A stretch of DNA of 36,414 nucleotides from an uncultured bacterium (GTDB taxonomy: Bacteria > Patescibacteriota > Gracilibacteria > UM-FILTER-43-11). The position numbers and the translations under genes are program-made. Below the pieces are notes generated by a model. That model had not been told where the DNA came from, did no database searches, and saw only the letters and a list, made by a program, of their open reading frames with translations. The DNA lies in the NCBI GenBank assembly GCA_965369305.1, contig CBDUQG010000001.1:1-36414 (forward strand), given 5' to 3'. Shown here one piece after another: positions 1 to 8,126 of the stretch (the stretch's first letter is position 1; each line of letters opens with the position of its first letter).

Positions 1-240
1 CACATGGTCACCACCAGCATGCACGCCTTCATCGCCAGCAATACCAAGATTAACCAGGCCATTTACAATATCATCCTCAAATTCCTTGGTGCTACGCTGC
101 TTGTCAGTATATTCAATACGCAGAACTAAGGTACCCCCCTTGTTCTTGGCGAAAAGGTAATTATAAAGGGCCGTTCGCACAGTTCCAATGTGCAAAAGTC
201 CAGTCGGTGATGGGGGAATACGAACACGCACAGAAGACAT
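1..240 (-). CDS. gltX: glutamate--tRNA ligase, N-terminal fragment (gene runs off the window edge)
   Basis: Not in the ORF track because it is truncated. Reverse-strand translation from the ATG at 238-240 gives [50 protein letters not shown]. This has the class I aaRS PSPTGxLHIG (HIGH) motif followed by LRIExTD, the GluRS-type N-terminal signature. Confidence 0.8.
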   Translation of the reverse strand, partial: MSSVRVRIPPSPTGLLHIGTVRTALYNYLFAKNKGGTLVLRIEYTDKQRSTKEFEDDIVNGLVNLGIAGDEGVHAGGDHV

Positions 241-282
241 GACAAAAAGGCTATAAAACGAGACTAATATACATCATCCCTC

Positions 283-936
283 TTAAAAAGTCCCGACGGT
301 AACCTTGGTCATAGAGATGTCCTCAAGGGGTTTGTCAGCCGCATCGCGATCAGCATTGGCGATAGCATTCACAATGTCTATACCCTCAAATACCTGTCCA
401 AAAACGGTATGACGACCATCTAGGAAGTCCGTTCCAGCAGGATTCTGAACAATGAAGAACTGAGAGCCGTTGGTGTTCGGCCCGGCGTTTGCCATGGAGA
501 GCGCACCAACTAGGTGGGTAAGATTTGGGCTGAATTCGTCTTCGAACTTACCACCCCAGAGGCTTTCGCCACCACGTCCGGTACCAGTTGGGTCGCCTCC
601 TTGAATCATGAAATCAGGAATAACACGGTGGAAAATAATACCATCGTAGTAGCCCTTTTCAATAAGGCCTACAAAGTTTTCAACGGTTTTAGGCGCATAT
701 TGAGAAAATAGCTGAATCTTGATGGTTCCCATAGAGGTTTCCATCACGACAATTTGCTCGCCAGCCTTAGGGCCAGCAGTTTGTGAGAATTCTTCCATAA
801 CTTGATCTTTATTAGCGTTAAATGTTTCAGGAGATCCCTGGTAAACCTTGCCAATTTCTTCTTCAGGGCTTGTGGGTGTGCATCCGGCAAGTAGTAAAAC
901 TGCGGACGCGATAAAAATAGAGAAAACGGTTTTCAT
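283..936 (-). CDS. cyclophilin-type peptidyl-prolyl cis-trans isomerase, predicted lipoprotein
   Basis: 217-aa ORF. The N-terminus [19 protein letters not shown] carries a lipobox (LAGC). The cyclophilin core motifs [40 protein letters not shown] and HTVFGQV are present. Confidence 0.9.
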   Translation of the reverse strand: MKTVFSIFIASAVLLLAGCTPTSPEEEIGKVYQGSPETFNANKDQVMEEFSQTAGPKAGEQIVVMETSMGTIKIQLFSQYAPKTVENFVGLIEKGYYDGIIFHRVIPDFMIQGGDPTGTGRGGESLWGGKFEDEFSPNLTHLVGALSMANAGPNTNGSQFFIVQNPAGTDFLDGRHTVFGQVFEGIDIVNAIANADRDAADKPLEDISMTKVTVGTF

Positions 937-953
937 GATATCAAAGTTTTAGA

Positions 954-1475
954 TTATGGGCAGTAAGGAAGGCAGGTAGTACTACCGTCCGTTACGTTAC
1001 AGACTGAAGCAGCACAACTAGCATCAAAGCCAGCGGTAATTAGCGCCGTGTCGCTGTTTCCAATAACATAAGATGTATAAGTTCCATCTTCCTCTTCAAT
1101 AACGGTTGCAAGCTCATAGAACTTGTTCGTTCCATTGACTGCATAAACATAGTCATTGTCTCCACCACCTGACTGCGGAATCGGATCAACAGGGAGCTCA
1201 GGCATATACTTTGGTTCGACTTCTACATCAGCTGGATTTCCATTGTCAGCGAGCTGATCAGGGTATTTGCTGAAATTCTCGACAAAGTAAATTTCTAGTG
1301 CATTCTGGATGGCACTAAGGTCTTGCTGCCTTCTGGAGTTACGAGCTTTAGCTGTCTGACCACCGAGTGCAACGTAAGCTGTTACGGAAAGAACAGCGAT
1401 AATAGCGATTACCACAAGAAGCTCCACCAAGGTGAAACCGCCCTTTCGATTAAGTCTTTTCTTTAGATTATCCAT
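954..1475 (-). CDS. type IV pilin (probable major pilin) with prepilin-type N-terminal cleavage/methylation signal
   Basis: 173-aa ORF. It has a class III signal, KRLNRKGG|FTLVELLVVIAIIAVLSVTAYVAL, followed by the ARNSRRQQDLSAIQNALEIY helix typical of PilA/PulG-like pilins. The C-terminus is Cys-rich (5 Cys in the last 25 aa). It has its own candidate promoter. Confidence 0.85.
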   Translation of the reverse strand: MDNLKKRLNRKGGFTLVELLVVIAIIAVLSVTAYVALGGQTAKARNSRRQQDLSAIQNALEIYFVENFSKYPDQLADNGNPADVEVEPKYMPELPVDPIPQSGGGDNDYVYAVNGTNKFYELATVIEEEDGTYTSYVIGNSDTALITAGFDASCAASVCNVTDGSTTCLPYCP

Positions 1476-1506
1476 CTCGTTTATTTTAGTTTTAATTGCT
1501 TGTCAT

Positions 1507-1536
1507 ATTCTAGCTCAGCCAAGCGCTGAAAGGCAA
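1507..1536 (-). promoter_or_regulatory. candidate sigma70-type promoter for the pilin gene (TTGCCT-18-TAGAAT on the minus strand)
   Basis: The minus strand reads TTGCCT (1536-1531), an 18-nt spacer, then TAGAAT (1512-1507). This lies about 30 nt upstream of the pilin ATG and directly after the upstream gene's stop codon. Confidence 0.4.
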
Positions 1537-1542
1537 ACTTTT

Positions 1543-2184
1543 TTAGGGTTGCGGTGTGAAGGTTCTGGTGATTGAGAATTTCTTTCTAAAGCCTATAGGT
1601 AGCTCTACATTCAGGTGCCACACATTATCTTCCAGGTTTGTGTCTGGCGTCGTGCTAGTAATGCGATAATGAAGAGGTCCGCTCTGAGCCTTTATTTTAA
1701 AGGGATCGTTGACCATGATTGTCACTTCATCGTCATAGCCCGGCAAAGACGAAGCACAGGCTGGTCCGGCAGGATGCTCATAGGTAGTATCCCCACCATC
1801 TTCCACCGTTATGTCCGTCAGCTTATTATCAGAGCAAAGATTCCACTCAATGGTAACCTCATCGCTGAACTTGTATTCAGCAGACTCTTCTCCGGCATCC
1901 AAAGAACCCGTAATACTCAGAACATCATTCGTCAGAGTTCCCTCAATGCCATAAAAACCAATATCTCCCTCCTTTAGCTCTGTGTTGGCCAGATCGAGCT
2001 GTTCAATGTAGTCGGCATAGCTATTGATGAAAGCTTCCGCCTTAACGTGCTCAATGGTTTCACGCTGGGCAGCGACATTGGCATTCAGGCGCTGTGAGAA
2101 AAAGAAGAAAACAGTCGTAAGGGAAATCCCCAGAAGCAATGTCCAGATCATGATAGACCCCTTGTTTTTAAGGCTTTTCATCAT
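1543..2184 (-). CDS. PilX/GspK-like minor pilus assembly protein (N-terminal membrane anchor, no canonical G|F cleavage motif)
   Basis: 213-aa ORF. The N-terminus KNKGSIMIWTLLLGISLTTVFFFFS resembles the PilX_N type hydrophobic anchor. Its start overlaps the stop of the upstream prepilin (ATGATGA at 2179-2184). It sits inside the pilin operon. Confidence 0.55.
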   Translation of the reverse strand: MMKSLKNKGSIMIWTLLLGISLTTVFFFFSQRLNANVAAQRETIEHVKAEAFINSYADYIEQLDLANTELKEGDIGFYGIEGTLTNDVLSITGSLDAGEESAEYKFSDEVTIEWNLCSDNKLTDITVEDGGDTTYEHPAGPACASSLPGYDDEVTIMVNDPFKIKAQSGPLHYRITSTTPDTNLEDNVWHLNVELPIGFRKKFSITRTFTPQP

Positions 2185-4028
2185 GGGGCGACATCAGCAT
2201 TAAGGGTATAAGTTTCCCACTGCTCATTACCTTCTGGATCTTCCGCCAGTTTGGCATCAAAGGTAAGTTCCAAAATAGCACCACCGTTTTTGGTAGAGAA
2301 GGCAAAGTTGGTCACTTCAAATTCACTGGTGTAGTCCCAGCCGGAGTCACTGTAATCAGTATCATATTCGGCATCAATCTGAGGCGGGCCAGAAAAGCGC
2401 GGCGCTCCAGAATACCAGCTAACATCCGTCGGATAAGGGTAATTGGCCACTAGCGAAATCGTATCTTCAGCCGTACCCAAAGTTCCATCTCCAATCCGAA
2501 CAGAAACGACCTCAGCCGGATCGTTGATGGTCAGATCAGCCTCATTAAAAGCCTGAACTGAAATACTATTAAAGGCGTCAGGGAAGATAATGTCGCTCAG
2601 GTCTAAATAAAAGCTTTGCTGACCTGAAAAAGAATCAATGACAGGAATTTCAGTGCCAGGTGCTGGGTCAATTTGCTCATTTAGTGGCTGCTGCATAACA
2701 ACTTTGCGGGTGCCACCAAACCCATCTACCTCATCCGTCACAAAATCCACCGTATAAGCTATGCTTTCAATGTCTATCGTTTCGAGGGCTTCGTAGATAT
2801 CATTGGTTTCATCAACGTAGAAGGCTCTAAAATAATAATTACAGACTTCAGGGTCGCCAAAGCAGCTTTCACTAATGACATTGCTAGTTTGCTCTGCACT
2901 CAACCAGGCAGTGACCGTTTCATCAACGACTTCATACCTGGTTTTGTGCAAGGTGTTCGGGCTAACTCCCTGTGAAACTGAATTGATGACACTGCCTTTT
3001 GGCAGCTCAAAATCAATTCTTTTTACCTGTGTTGCTCCCATTCCCAAATCCACCTGAAGCTCAAAATCCGTCAGATCCGGATTAGGATCGGTTACCTTTA
3101 GCAGTCGGCCATTCCCGGTATCCGAAATATAAAGCTCGCTACCATTTCCAGCATCGCCGATCACTAGACCAGTCGGAAAGCTGAGTTTGCAGCTTGCTGC
3201 ACTATGGTCACGTCCATCCGAGTTGTCACAAAGTTCATCATCACCGGCTCCAACAACTATTTCATGCTCCTCGGTAGCTAAATTAACTCGCTTCACCTGG
3301 TGATTATTGGTGTCTGAAACAAAAAGAAATTCATCTGCTGGCGCATAGTATTCAAGACCCGTCGGGAAGTTCAGACCTGCTTCAATTTCGGTTACCACCT
3401 TGGTATTCGTAGGGTCTTGAATCAAAACGATGCGATTATCACCAGCACTACTCACATAAAGAATGTCATTTGGTGGAGCACCATCGTTGTCTGCTATATC
3501 AATGGGTATGTCTAAGCCGACAATCCCAAGGTCATTACAGGAGGTTAAATTGCTGTTACAGCTATATATTTTGTTTTCCAGGGGTGAAGTCACATAGTAT
3601 TCCCCATTCAACTCCGTCAGGCCTCCCGGGTTTTCAATGACCGTCGAAGCGATGCTGCTGACATTGCCCTCTTGCCCGTTAAAAACAAACATGTCCTTAA
3701 AAACCACGTAATCATCTCCATCTACGGTCTCTTTTCCGATGTAGGTAAAAGGTAGGTCGCCTGAATTCATATCGTTATAAAGAACGGCACATTCATTGCC
3801 ACAGCTGTTGTTTGTGTCTTGGGCGATGGCATTGGCAAACTTACCACCCAAAATGGTGCTCACCACGAACTGACTCTGGGTATTGGACACCTTTTCGCGT
3901 GCAGTGAACATGTTTCGGAAGGTGCTGGAGAAGAAGGCAGAGATGCCGACCATCATAATAGAGGCAATACCGACCGAAAGGAGTAGTTCTACCAGGGTAA
4001 AGCCTCTGTTTTTAGCTTGTTTATTCAT
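2181..4028 (-). CDS. large prepilin-type protein (615 aa) with NHL-like beta-propeller repeats; putative pilus-associated adhesin
   Basis: It has a class III signal, MNKQAKNRG|FTLVELLLSVGIASIMMVG. Four NHL-like repeats lie at about aa 130-316: YYVTSPLENKIYSC, ILYVSSAGDNRIVLIQDP, FLFVSDTNNHQVKRVNL and ELYISDTGNGRLLKVTDP. It is translationally coupled to both neighbouring genes. Confidence 0.8.
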   Translation of the reverse strand: MNKQAKNRGFTLVELLLSVGIASIMMVGISAFFSSTFRNMFTAREKVSNTQSQFVVSTILGGKFANAIAQDTNNSCGNECAVLYNDMNSGDLPFTYIGKETVDGDDYVVFKDMFVFNGQEGNVSSIASTVIENPGGLTELNGEYYVTSPLENKIYSCNSNLTSCNDLGIVGLDIPIDIADNDGAPPNDILYVSSAGDNRIVLIQDPTNTKVVTEIEAGLNFPTGLEYYAPADEFLFVSDTNNHQVKRVNLATEEHEIVVGAGDDELCDNSDGRDHSAASCKLSFPTGLVIGDAGNGSELYISDTGNGRLLKVTDPNPDLTDFELQVDLGMGATQVKRIDFELPKGSVINSVSQGVSPNTLHKTRYEVVDETVTAWLSAEQTSNVISESCFGDPEVCNYYFRAFYVDETNDIYEALETIDIESIAYTVDFVTDEVDGFGGTRKVVMQQPLNEQIDPAPGTEIPVIDSFSGQQSFYLDLSDIIFPDAFNSISVQAFNEADLTINDPAEVVSVRIGDGTLGTAEDTISLVANYPYPTDVSWYSGAPRFSGPPQIDAEYDTDYSDSGWDYTSEFEVTNFAFSTKNGGAILELTFDAKLAEDPEGNEQWETYTLNADVAP

Positions 4029-4453
4029 TAGTCAAAAATTACTCGTTCAACCGAAACGCGATGCTCTCCGGCACTATCTTCCCACTCCACCCTAGATGTA
4101 ACATAAAGGGCATCCACAAGCCCGGGGGCAACATGCGAAATAGTCCGTTCGAAAAGGCCATTCTCGAGGCTTTCAGCTCCATTATTTTCAATGCTGTAGC
4201 TGCCACCATTTTCGTCCAAGTAGCAAGGCACCGTACAGTTTCTAAGGGTGTTGTAGCCAATAGCCTCGGCCACTTCCATGGCCTGATTGGCGTAAGCGTA
4301 GGCCTTAAGCTCCAGCTGCTTGGTATTACTCAGGGTTAAATTACTGGTCTGAAGGCGAATCACCCCAAAGACAATGACCGACAGGAAAGTCATGGCGAAA
4401 AGCAGCTCAATAAGCGAGAAACCGGTCATTTTTTTGTTTGTTTTTGGCATCAT
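4028..4453 (-). CDS. pseudopilin (PilV/GspI-like) with prepilin-type N-terminal signal
   Basis: 141-aa ORF with the signal MMPKTNKKMTG|FSLIELLFAMTFLSVIVFGV. It is the first gene of the minus-strand pilin operon. Its stop overlaps the next gene's start (TAATG). Confidence 0.8.
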   Translation of the reverse strand: MMPKTNKKMTGFSLIELLFAMTFLSVIVFGVIRLQTSNLTLSNTKQLELKAYAYANQAMEVAEAIGYNTLRNCTVPCYLDENGGSYSIENNGAESLENGLFERTISHVAPGLVDALYVTSRVEWEDSAGEHRVSVERVIFD

Positions 4454-4486
4454 CGCCAGTGTATCAGTTTTTTCACTGTCTGGCCA

Positions 4487-4515
4487 TTGATTTTTTGGCT
4501 TATTTTTGCTATAAT
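4487..4515 (+). promoter_or_regulatory. candidate sigma70-type promoter for pilB (TTGATT-17-TATAAT)
   Basis: TTGATT lies at 4487-4492, followed by a 17-nt spacer and TATAAT at 4510-4515. This is 25 nt upstream of the pilB ATG, in the divergent intergenic region. Confidence 0.55.
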
Positions 4516-4539
4516 ATATAGATTAAATACACCTAAAAC

Positions 4540-5877
4540 ATGTCACTACTCGAAACCCTACAAAAAGAAAGCGAGCAGTCGCTCGCCGATCAGCCTGTTA
4601 AAGAAGAAGCTAAGTCACCCGTCAAAGACGAGCAAAAAGACCCAAAAAAAGACGAAAAAAAACAACCCAAGGACGAGGTTAAGGCTGACGCTAAGTTGCC
4701 GGAAGGATTCAATGAAGACAGTATTCCGAGCATCCTCAGTGATATTTTTGCTGCCGCTATTGAGCAGCACGCCAGTGACATTCACTTTAAACCCACCGAA
4801 ACGGATTTTCAGGTGTATTTCCGTATCGATGGCACCATGATCACTCATAAGTCGTTCGAAGCGGTTTATCATAACCCGCTGGTTGCTCGCATCAAGATTC
4901 TATCCAGCCTCCGAATTGACGAGCACCGCTTGCCGCAAGACGGTAAAAGCGGATTTCAGTCAGCAGATGGCAAAGAAGTTGACCTACGTGTGTCTATTTT
5001 GCCTACTCAGTTTGGTGAGAAAGTCGTCATTCGTCTGCTCGAAAAGAATCCCAAGATGGTGGAGCTCAGAGACCTTGGAATGCTTCCAAATATTCTGATG
5101 AAGGTCGAGCGTCACCTTACCGCCACTTACGGCATGGTGCTGACAGTGGGGCCAACAGGTTCCGGTAAATCAACCTCGCTTTTCTCGATGATTTCTACCT
5201 TTGACCCGGATGCCTACAACATATCGACCTTGGAAGATCCGATCGAATACAAGATTCCGGGAGTGACTCAGACTCAGATCAACACGGAAATCGATTTCGA
5301 TTTCTCGGATGGGCTTCGCACTCTGGTGCGTCAGGACCCCGACATCATCATGGTGGGGGAAATCCGTGACCAAAAGACAGCTGCGCTCGCCATTGAGTCT
5401 GCGCTGACAGGTCACTTGGTGTTTTCCACCCTTCATACCAACACCGCGGTAGGAACCATCCAGCGTCTGCTGAATATGGGTATCGATCGCTTTTTGATTA
5501 CAGCAGCCGTAAAGCTCATTATCTCTCAGCGTCTGGTTCGCAAGATCTGTTCTGCTTGCCGCGAATCTTACAAGGTTCCTGAGAAGTACTTCGACCTCTT
5601 TCTTGGTGAGTCTGATGTGCATCCCAAGGATGCCTTCCTCTACAGGGCTAAGGGATGTGACCAATGTAACAATACCGGTTACAAGGGGCGTATCGGACTC
5701 TTTGAAGTCTTAGAAATGTCCCCTGACATCGAAGAGCTGATCATCAACAATGCACCGCATAACGAAATCGAAGATCAGGCGGTCAAAGAGGGGATGATTT
5801 TGCTACGCAAAGACGCTCTTTATAAAGCAATGACTGGTGATATCACCATCGAAGAAGCAATTCGCGCAATGGCCTAA
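4540..5877 (+). CDS. pilB: type IV pilus assembly ATPase PilB / GspE family
   Basis: 445-aa ORF with Walker A GPTGSGKST, Asp box/Walker B DPDIIMVGEIRD and His box LTGHLVFSTLHTN. The tetracysteine motif CSAC...CDQC is typical of PilB/GspE and not of PilT. The N-terminal ~60 aa are K/E/D-rich low complexity instead of a GSPII_E N-domain. Confidence 0.92.
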   Translation: MSLLETLQKESEQSLADQPVKEEAKSPVKDEQKDPKKDEKKQPKDEVKADAKLPEGFNEDSIPSILSDIFAAAIEQHASDIHFKPTETDFQVYFRIDGTMITHKSFEAVYHNPLVARIKILSSLRIDEHRLPQDGKSGFQSADGKEVDLRVSILPTQFGEKVVIRLLEKNPKMVELRDLGMLPNILMKVERHLTATYGMVLTVGPTGSGKSTSLFSMISTFDPDAYNISTLEDPIEYKIPGVTQTQINTEIDFDFSDGLRTLVRQDPDIIMVGEIRDQKTAALAIESALTGHLVFSTLHTNTAVGTIQRLLNMGIDRFLITAAVKLIISQRLVRKICSACRESYKVPEKYFDLFLGESDVHPKDAFLYRAKGCDQCNNTGYKGRIGLFEVLEMSPDIEELIINNAPHNEIEDQAVKEGMILLRKDALYKAMTGDITIEEAIRAMA

Positions 5878-6055
5878 AGCTCTGAAACCTTTAAAAAAGG
5901 CTCCAGTACCTCCAAAATATCTGTCTTCGCTCTAAATTTTCCTCGCCCAGCTCCGCAACTTCCTTCATCGCACATGTCGCCTCAGGGTTTGCCTCGCGGG
6001 CTCACGAAAATTTCTCACTCAACTATTAATAATTGAAAAACAAAAAACAAGATTC

Positions 6056-6739
6056 ATGCAAGGTTTTTCACTCCTAGAAATCATGGTAACCGTCGCCATC
6101 ATCAGCATCATGGCTGGGTCGGTGGTCGTCGGTTTTAACTCCTTCGGACAAACGGTCCGCGTTCGGGAAACGGCCGGTGTGATATCGGACACAGTCAGAA
6201 ACCTTGAACTCGAGATGATTAGGCGCGAATACGATAAGCAGACTCTCCGCTTCGAAGAAGACTTCATGCTCCTGGAATCCGAAGTTGAGAATCAGAATCT
6301 AACCCTTAGCTGGAAAGGAGTGGGGGGCAGTTGTCCTGCCGGTCAGGGGTGGATGGAAATAGACAATACCGGTTCACCGGACACCATCTTCCTGGCTAAG
6401 CGCGATCAGTACGACAACAACCTCGAAATCATTCCGATCGGAGCAGGGGTACTCAGCATTTACTGTGAAAACTTCTCTGATTCAGAGGAAAATGAATTGA
6501 GGTTTCAGGCCTTCAAGGGCTCAGATAAATCCCAGGTGATTCGCTTCAAACACTTTAACATCCGTCGAAGCGATCTGTCTGATCCGGCGGAGATTACAGC
6601 CGGAACGAACTATTCTCTGGAGATATCCGCGCCTTATGGCACCAAACAATTCTTTAATAACGGCGCGCCCGAAATGGGCACCGTGGAGTTGACACTTTCA
6701 ACTGAAGACAGCTCCGAAACCATCACCCTTCAACAATAA
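6056..6739 (+). CDS. pseudopilin (GspH/FimT-like) with very short prepilin leader
   Basis: 227-aa ORF with the signal MQG|FSLLEIMVTVAIISIMAGSVVVGF. It lies between pilB and pilC. Confidence 0.75.
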   Translation: MQGFSLLEIMVTVAIISIMAGSVVVGFNSFGQTVRVRETAGVISDTVRNLELEMIRREYDKQTLRFEEDFMLLESEVENQNLTLSWKGVGGSCPAGQGWMEIDNTGSPDTIFLAKRDQYDNNLEIIPIGAGVLSIYCENFSDSEENELRFQAFKGSDKSQVIRFKHFNIRRSDLSDPAEITAGTNYSLEISAPYGTKQFFNNGAPEMGTVELTLSTEDSSETITLQQ

Positions 6740-6752
6740 AAATTAAAACTTA

Positions 6753-8108
6753 ATGGCTGCACTTGTCGGCAAAATCAGAGACCTTTTCTCAGACCTTTGG
6801 CTTGAGCTTGAGCTGATGTTCAGCCGTAAGTCGAAAAAGAAGGCTGAGCTCGCTCCTGAGCAAGCGGTTGAGCCGACTGCTCAAGCGCCCGAGGCGACGC
6901 CGGGAGTGATGCAGGTTAACACGGCTGCTGTGCCTAAGGCCGATGGCACTGCTGTGCTCATGGATGCCCAAGCCAAAAAGGAAGCCGCCAAAAAGGAAAG
7001 ACTTAAGAATACCAAGCTTTCCTATGGCCTAAGGCATGTGAAGCTATCCAAAAAAGGCCGACTCTATTTTTATGACCAAATGTCCACCTTGGTGGGGTCT
7101 GGAGTGCCTTTGATTGACGCTCTGTCGCTCGTTCAGGCTCAGGAACGAAACAAGATGGTTAAAAAGCTCTATGCTGAAATGATCCATGAAATCAATGCCG
7201 GGATGTCCCTGGCAGAGTCTATGGAGATGTTCCCGCATGTCTTCCCGCGAATGCAATCAGCTCTGGTGGAAGCGGCAGAAGCTTCCGGAAACCTAAAAGA
7301 AGTGCTTTCTGAACTCGTGGAAGAAATGGAGTCTAGCCAGGACTTCCTCAAAAAAGTCACCGGCGCCATGGTTTATCCGGTCATCCTGCTGGTACTAGCC
7401 CTCGGACTCGTTACCGGAATGATGACTTTTGTGATTCCGAAGATTGCCGGTATGTATGAACAAGCCAATGTAGAATTGCCGGCAGTGACCCAAATGGTCA
7501 TCAATATCAGTGACTTCATGGTCAATCAGTGGCACATCCTTTTGGGGGCCACGGTGGGAATTGTGCTGATTCTCTACATATTTTTTGGTAAAACCCACCC
7601 AGGTCGACTGATTTGGGAGAAATTCGTCAGCATTGTTCCGGTGGTAGGGCGAATTTCCAAGGAAAAGAACATTATGATGATTGCTTCTAATATGGCCATG
7701 CTCATGCGTAGTGGGGTGCTCATCACTGAAGCTTTTGCCATAACCAAAAACACGGTAAATAGCCTGCATTACCAAAAATCCCTCGAAGAAATTCGCCAAG
7801 GGGTTGTGATGGGTAAAGAAGTCTCTCAAATGATGGGACTTGAGGATATCCGTGCTCAGAAATTCAAGGAACACAAACTCTTCCCGCTCCAAATGGCTCA
7901 GCTCATTCACATTGGTGAAACAACTGGTAATATTGCGAACATGCTCGACAAGGTGAAAAAGAACTACCATAAGAGCATCGACTACACCCTGAAGAATATT
8001 TCAACGGTGGTTGAACCACTCATGATCTTCATCGTGGCAGCGCTGGTTGGTACCATTCTGATGGCTGTCATGCTGCCATTCTTCTATATCGGATCAACGA
8101 TTGGCTAG
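6753..8108 (+). CDS. pilC: type IV pilus platform protein PilC / GspF family
   Basis: 451-aa ORF with two GspF-type repeats (LSTLVGSGVPLIDAL... and MAMLMRSGVLITEAF...) and three TM segments. About 95 aa of A/P/E/K-rich N-terminal extension precede the conserved core. Confidence 0.9.
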   Translation: MAALVGKIRDLFSDLWLELELMFSRKSKKKAELAPEQAVEPTAQAPEATPGVMQVNTAAVPKADGTAVLMDAQAKKEAAKKERLKNTKLSYGLRHVKLSKKGRLYFYDQMSTLVGSGVPLIDALSLVQAQERNKMVKKLYAEMIHEINAGMSLAESMEMFPHVFPRMQSALVEAAEASGNLKEVLSELVEEMESSQDFLKKVTGAMVYPVILLVLALGLVTGMMTFVIPKIAGMYEQANVELPAVTQMVINISDFMVNQWHILLGATVGIVLILYIFFGKTHPGRLIWEKFVSIVPVVGRISKEKNIMMIASNMAMLMRSGVLITEAFAITKNTVNSLHYQKSLEEIRQGVVMGKEVSQMMGLEDIRAQKFKEHKLFPLQMAQLIHIGETTGNIANMLDKVKKNYHKSIDYTLKNISTVVEPLMIFIVAALVGTILMAVMLPFFYIGSTIG

Positions 8109-8126
8109 TTCGGGTATAATTGAGGC

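Noticed and set aside
1476-1542. Possible sigma54 (TGGCAC-N5-TTGCA) promoter upstream of the pilin gene, as in proteobacterial pilA.
   Set aside because: Only a GG...TTGC-unrelated fragment (CTTGGCTGAGC) is present, and the -12 element is missing. A sigma70-like TTGCCT-18-TAGAAT fits better.
4487-4840. 117-aa plus-strand ORF overlapping the pilB 5' region in another frame.
   Set aside because: It starts at the TTG that is the -35 hexamer of the pilB promoter. Its K/T/S-rich sequence is a frame-shifted reading of the pilB lysine-rich region.
5878-6055. 178-nt spacer between pilB and the next pseudopilin gene, checked for a terminator, promoter, small ORF or repeat.
   Set aside because: No convincing hairpin plus T-tract and no -35/-10 pair was found. 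The only small ORF (32 aa, minus strand) overlaps the pilB stop and lacks an SD. The spacer is left unannotated.
7395-7970. 191-aa minus-strand ORF inside pilC. Comparable antisense ORFs lie at 5170-5664 (in pilB), 33853-34338 (in ftsK), 11096-11425 and 12254-12613.
   Set aside because: They are antisense to confidently identified genes. They are His/Arg-rich with unnatural composition and no motifs, so they are shadow ORFs.
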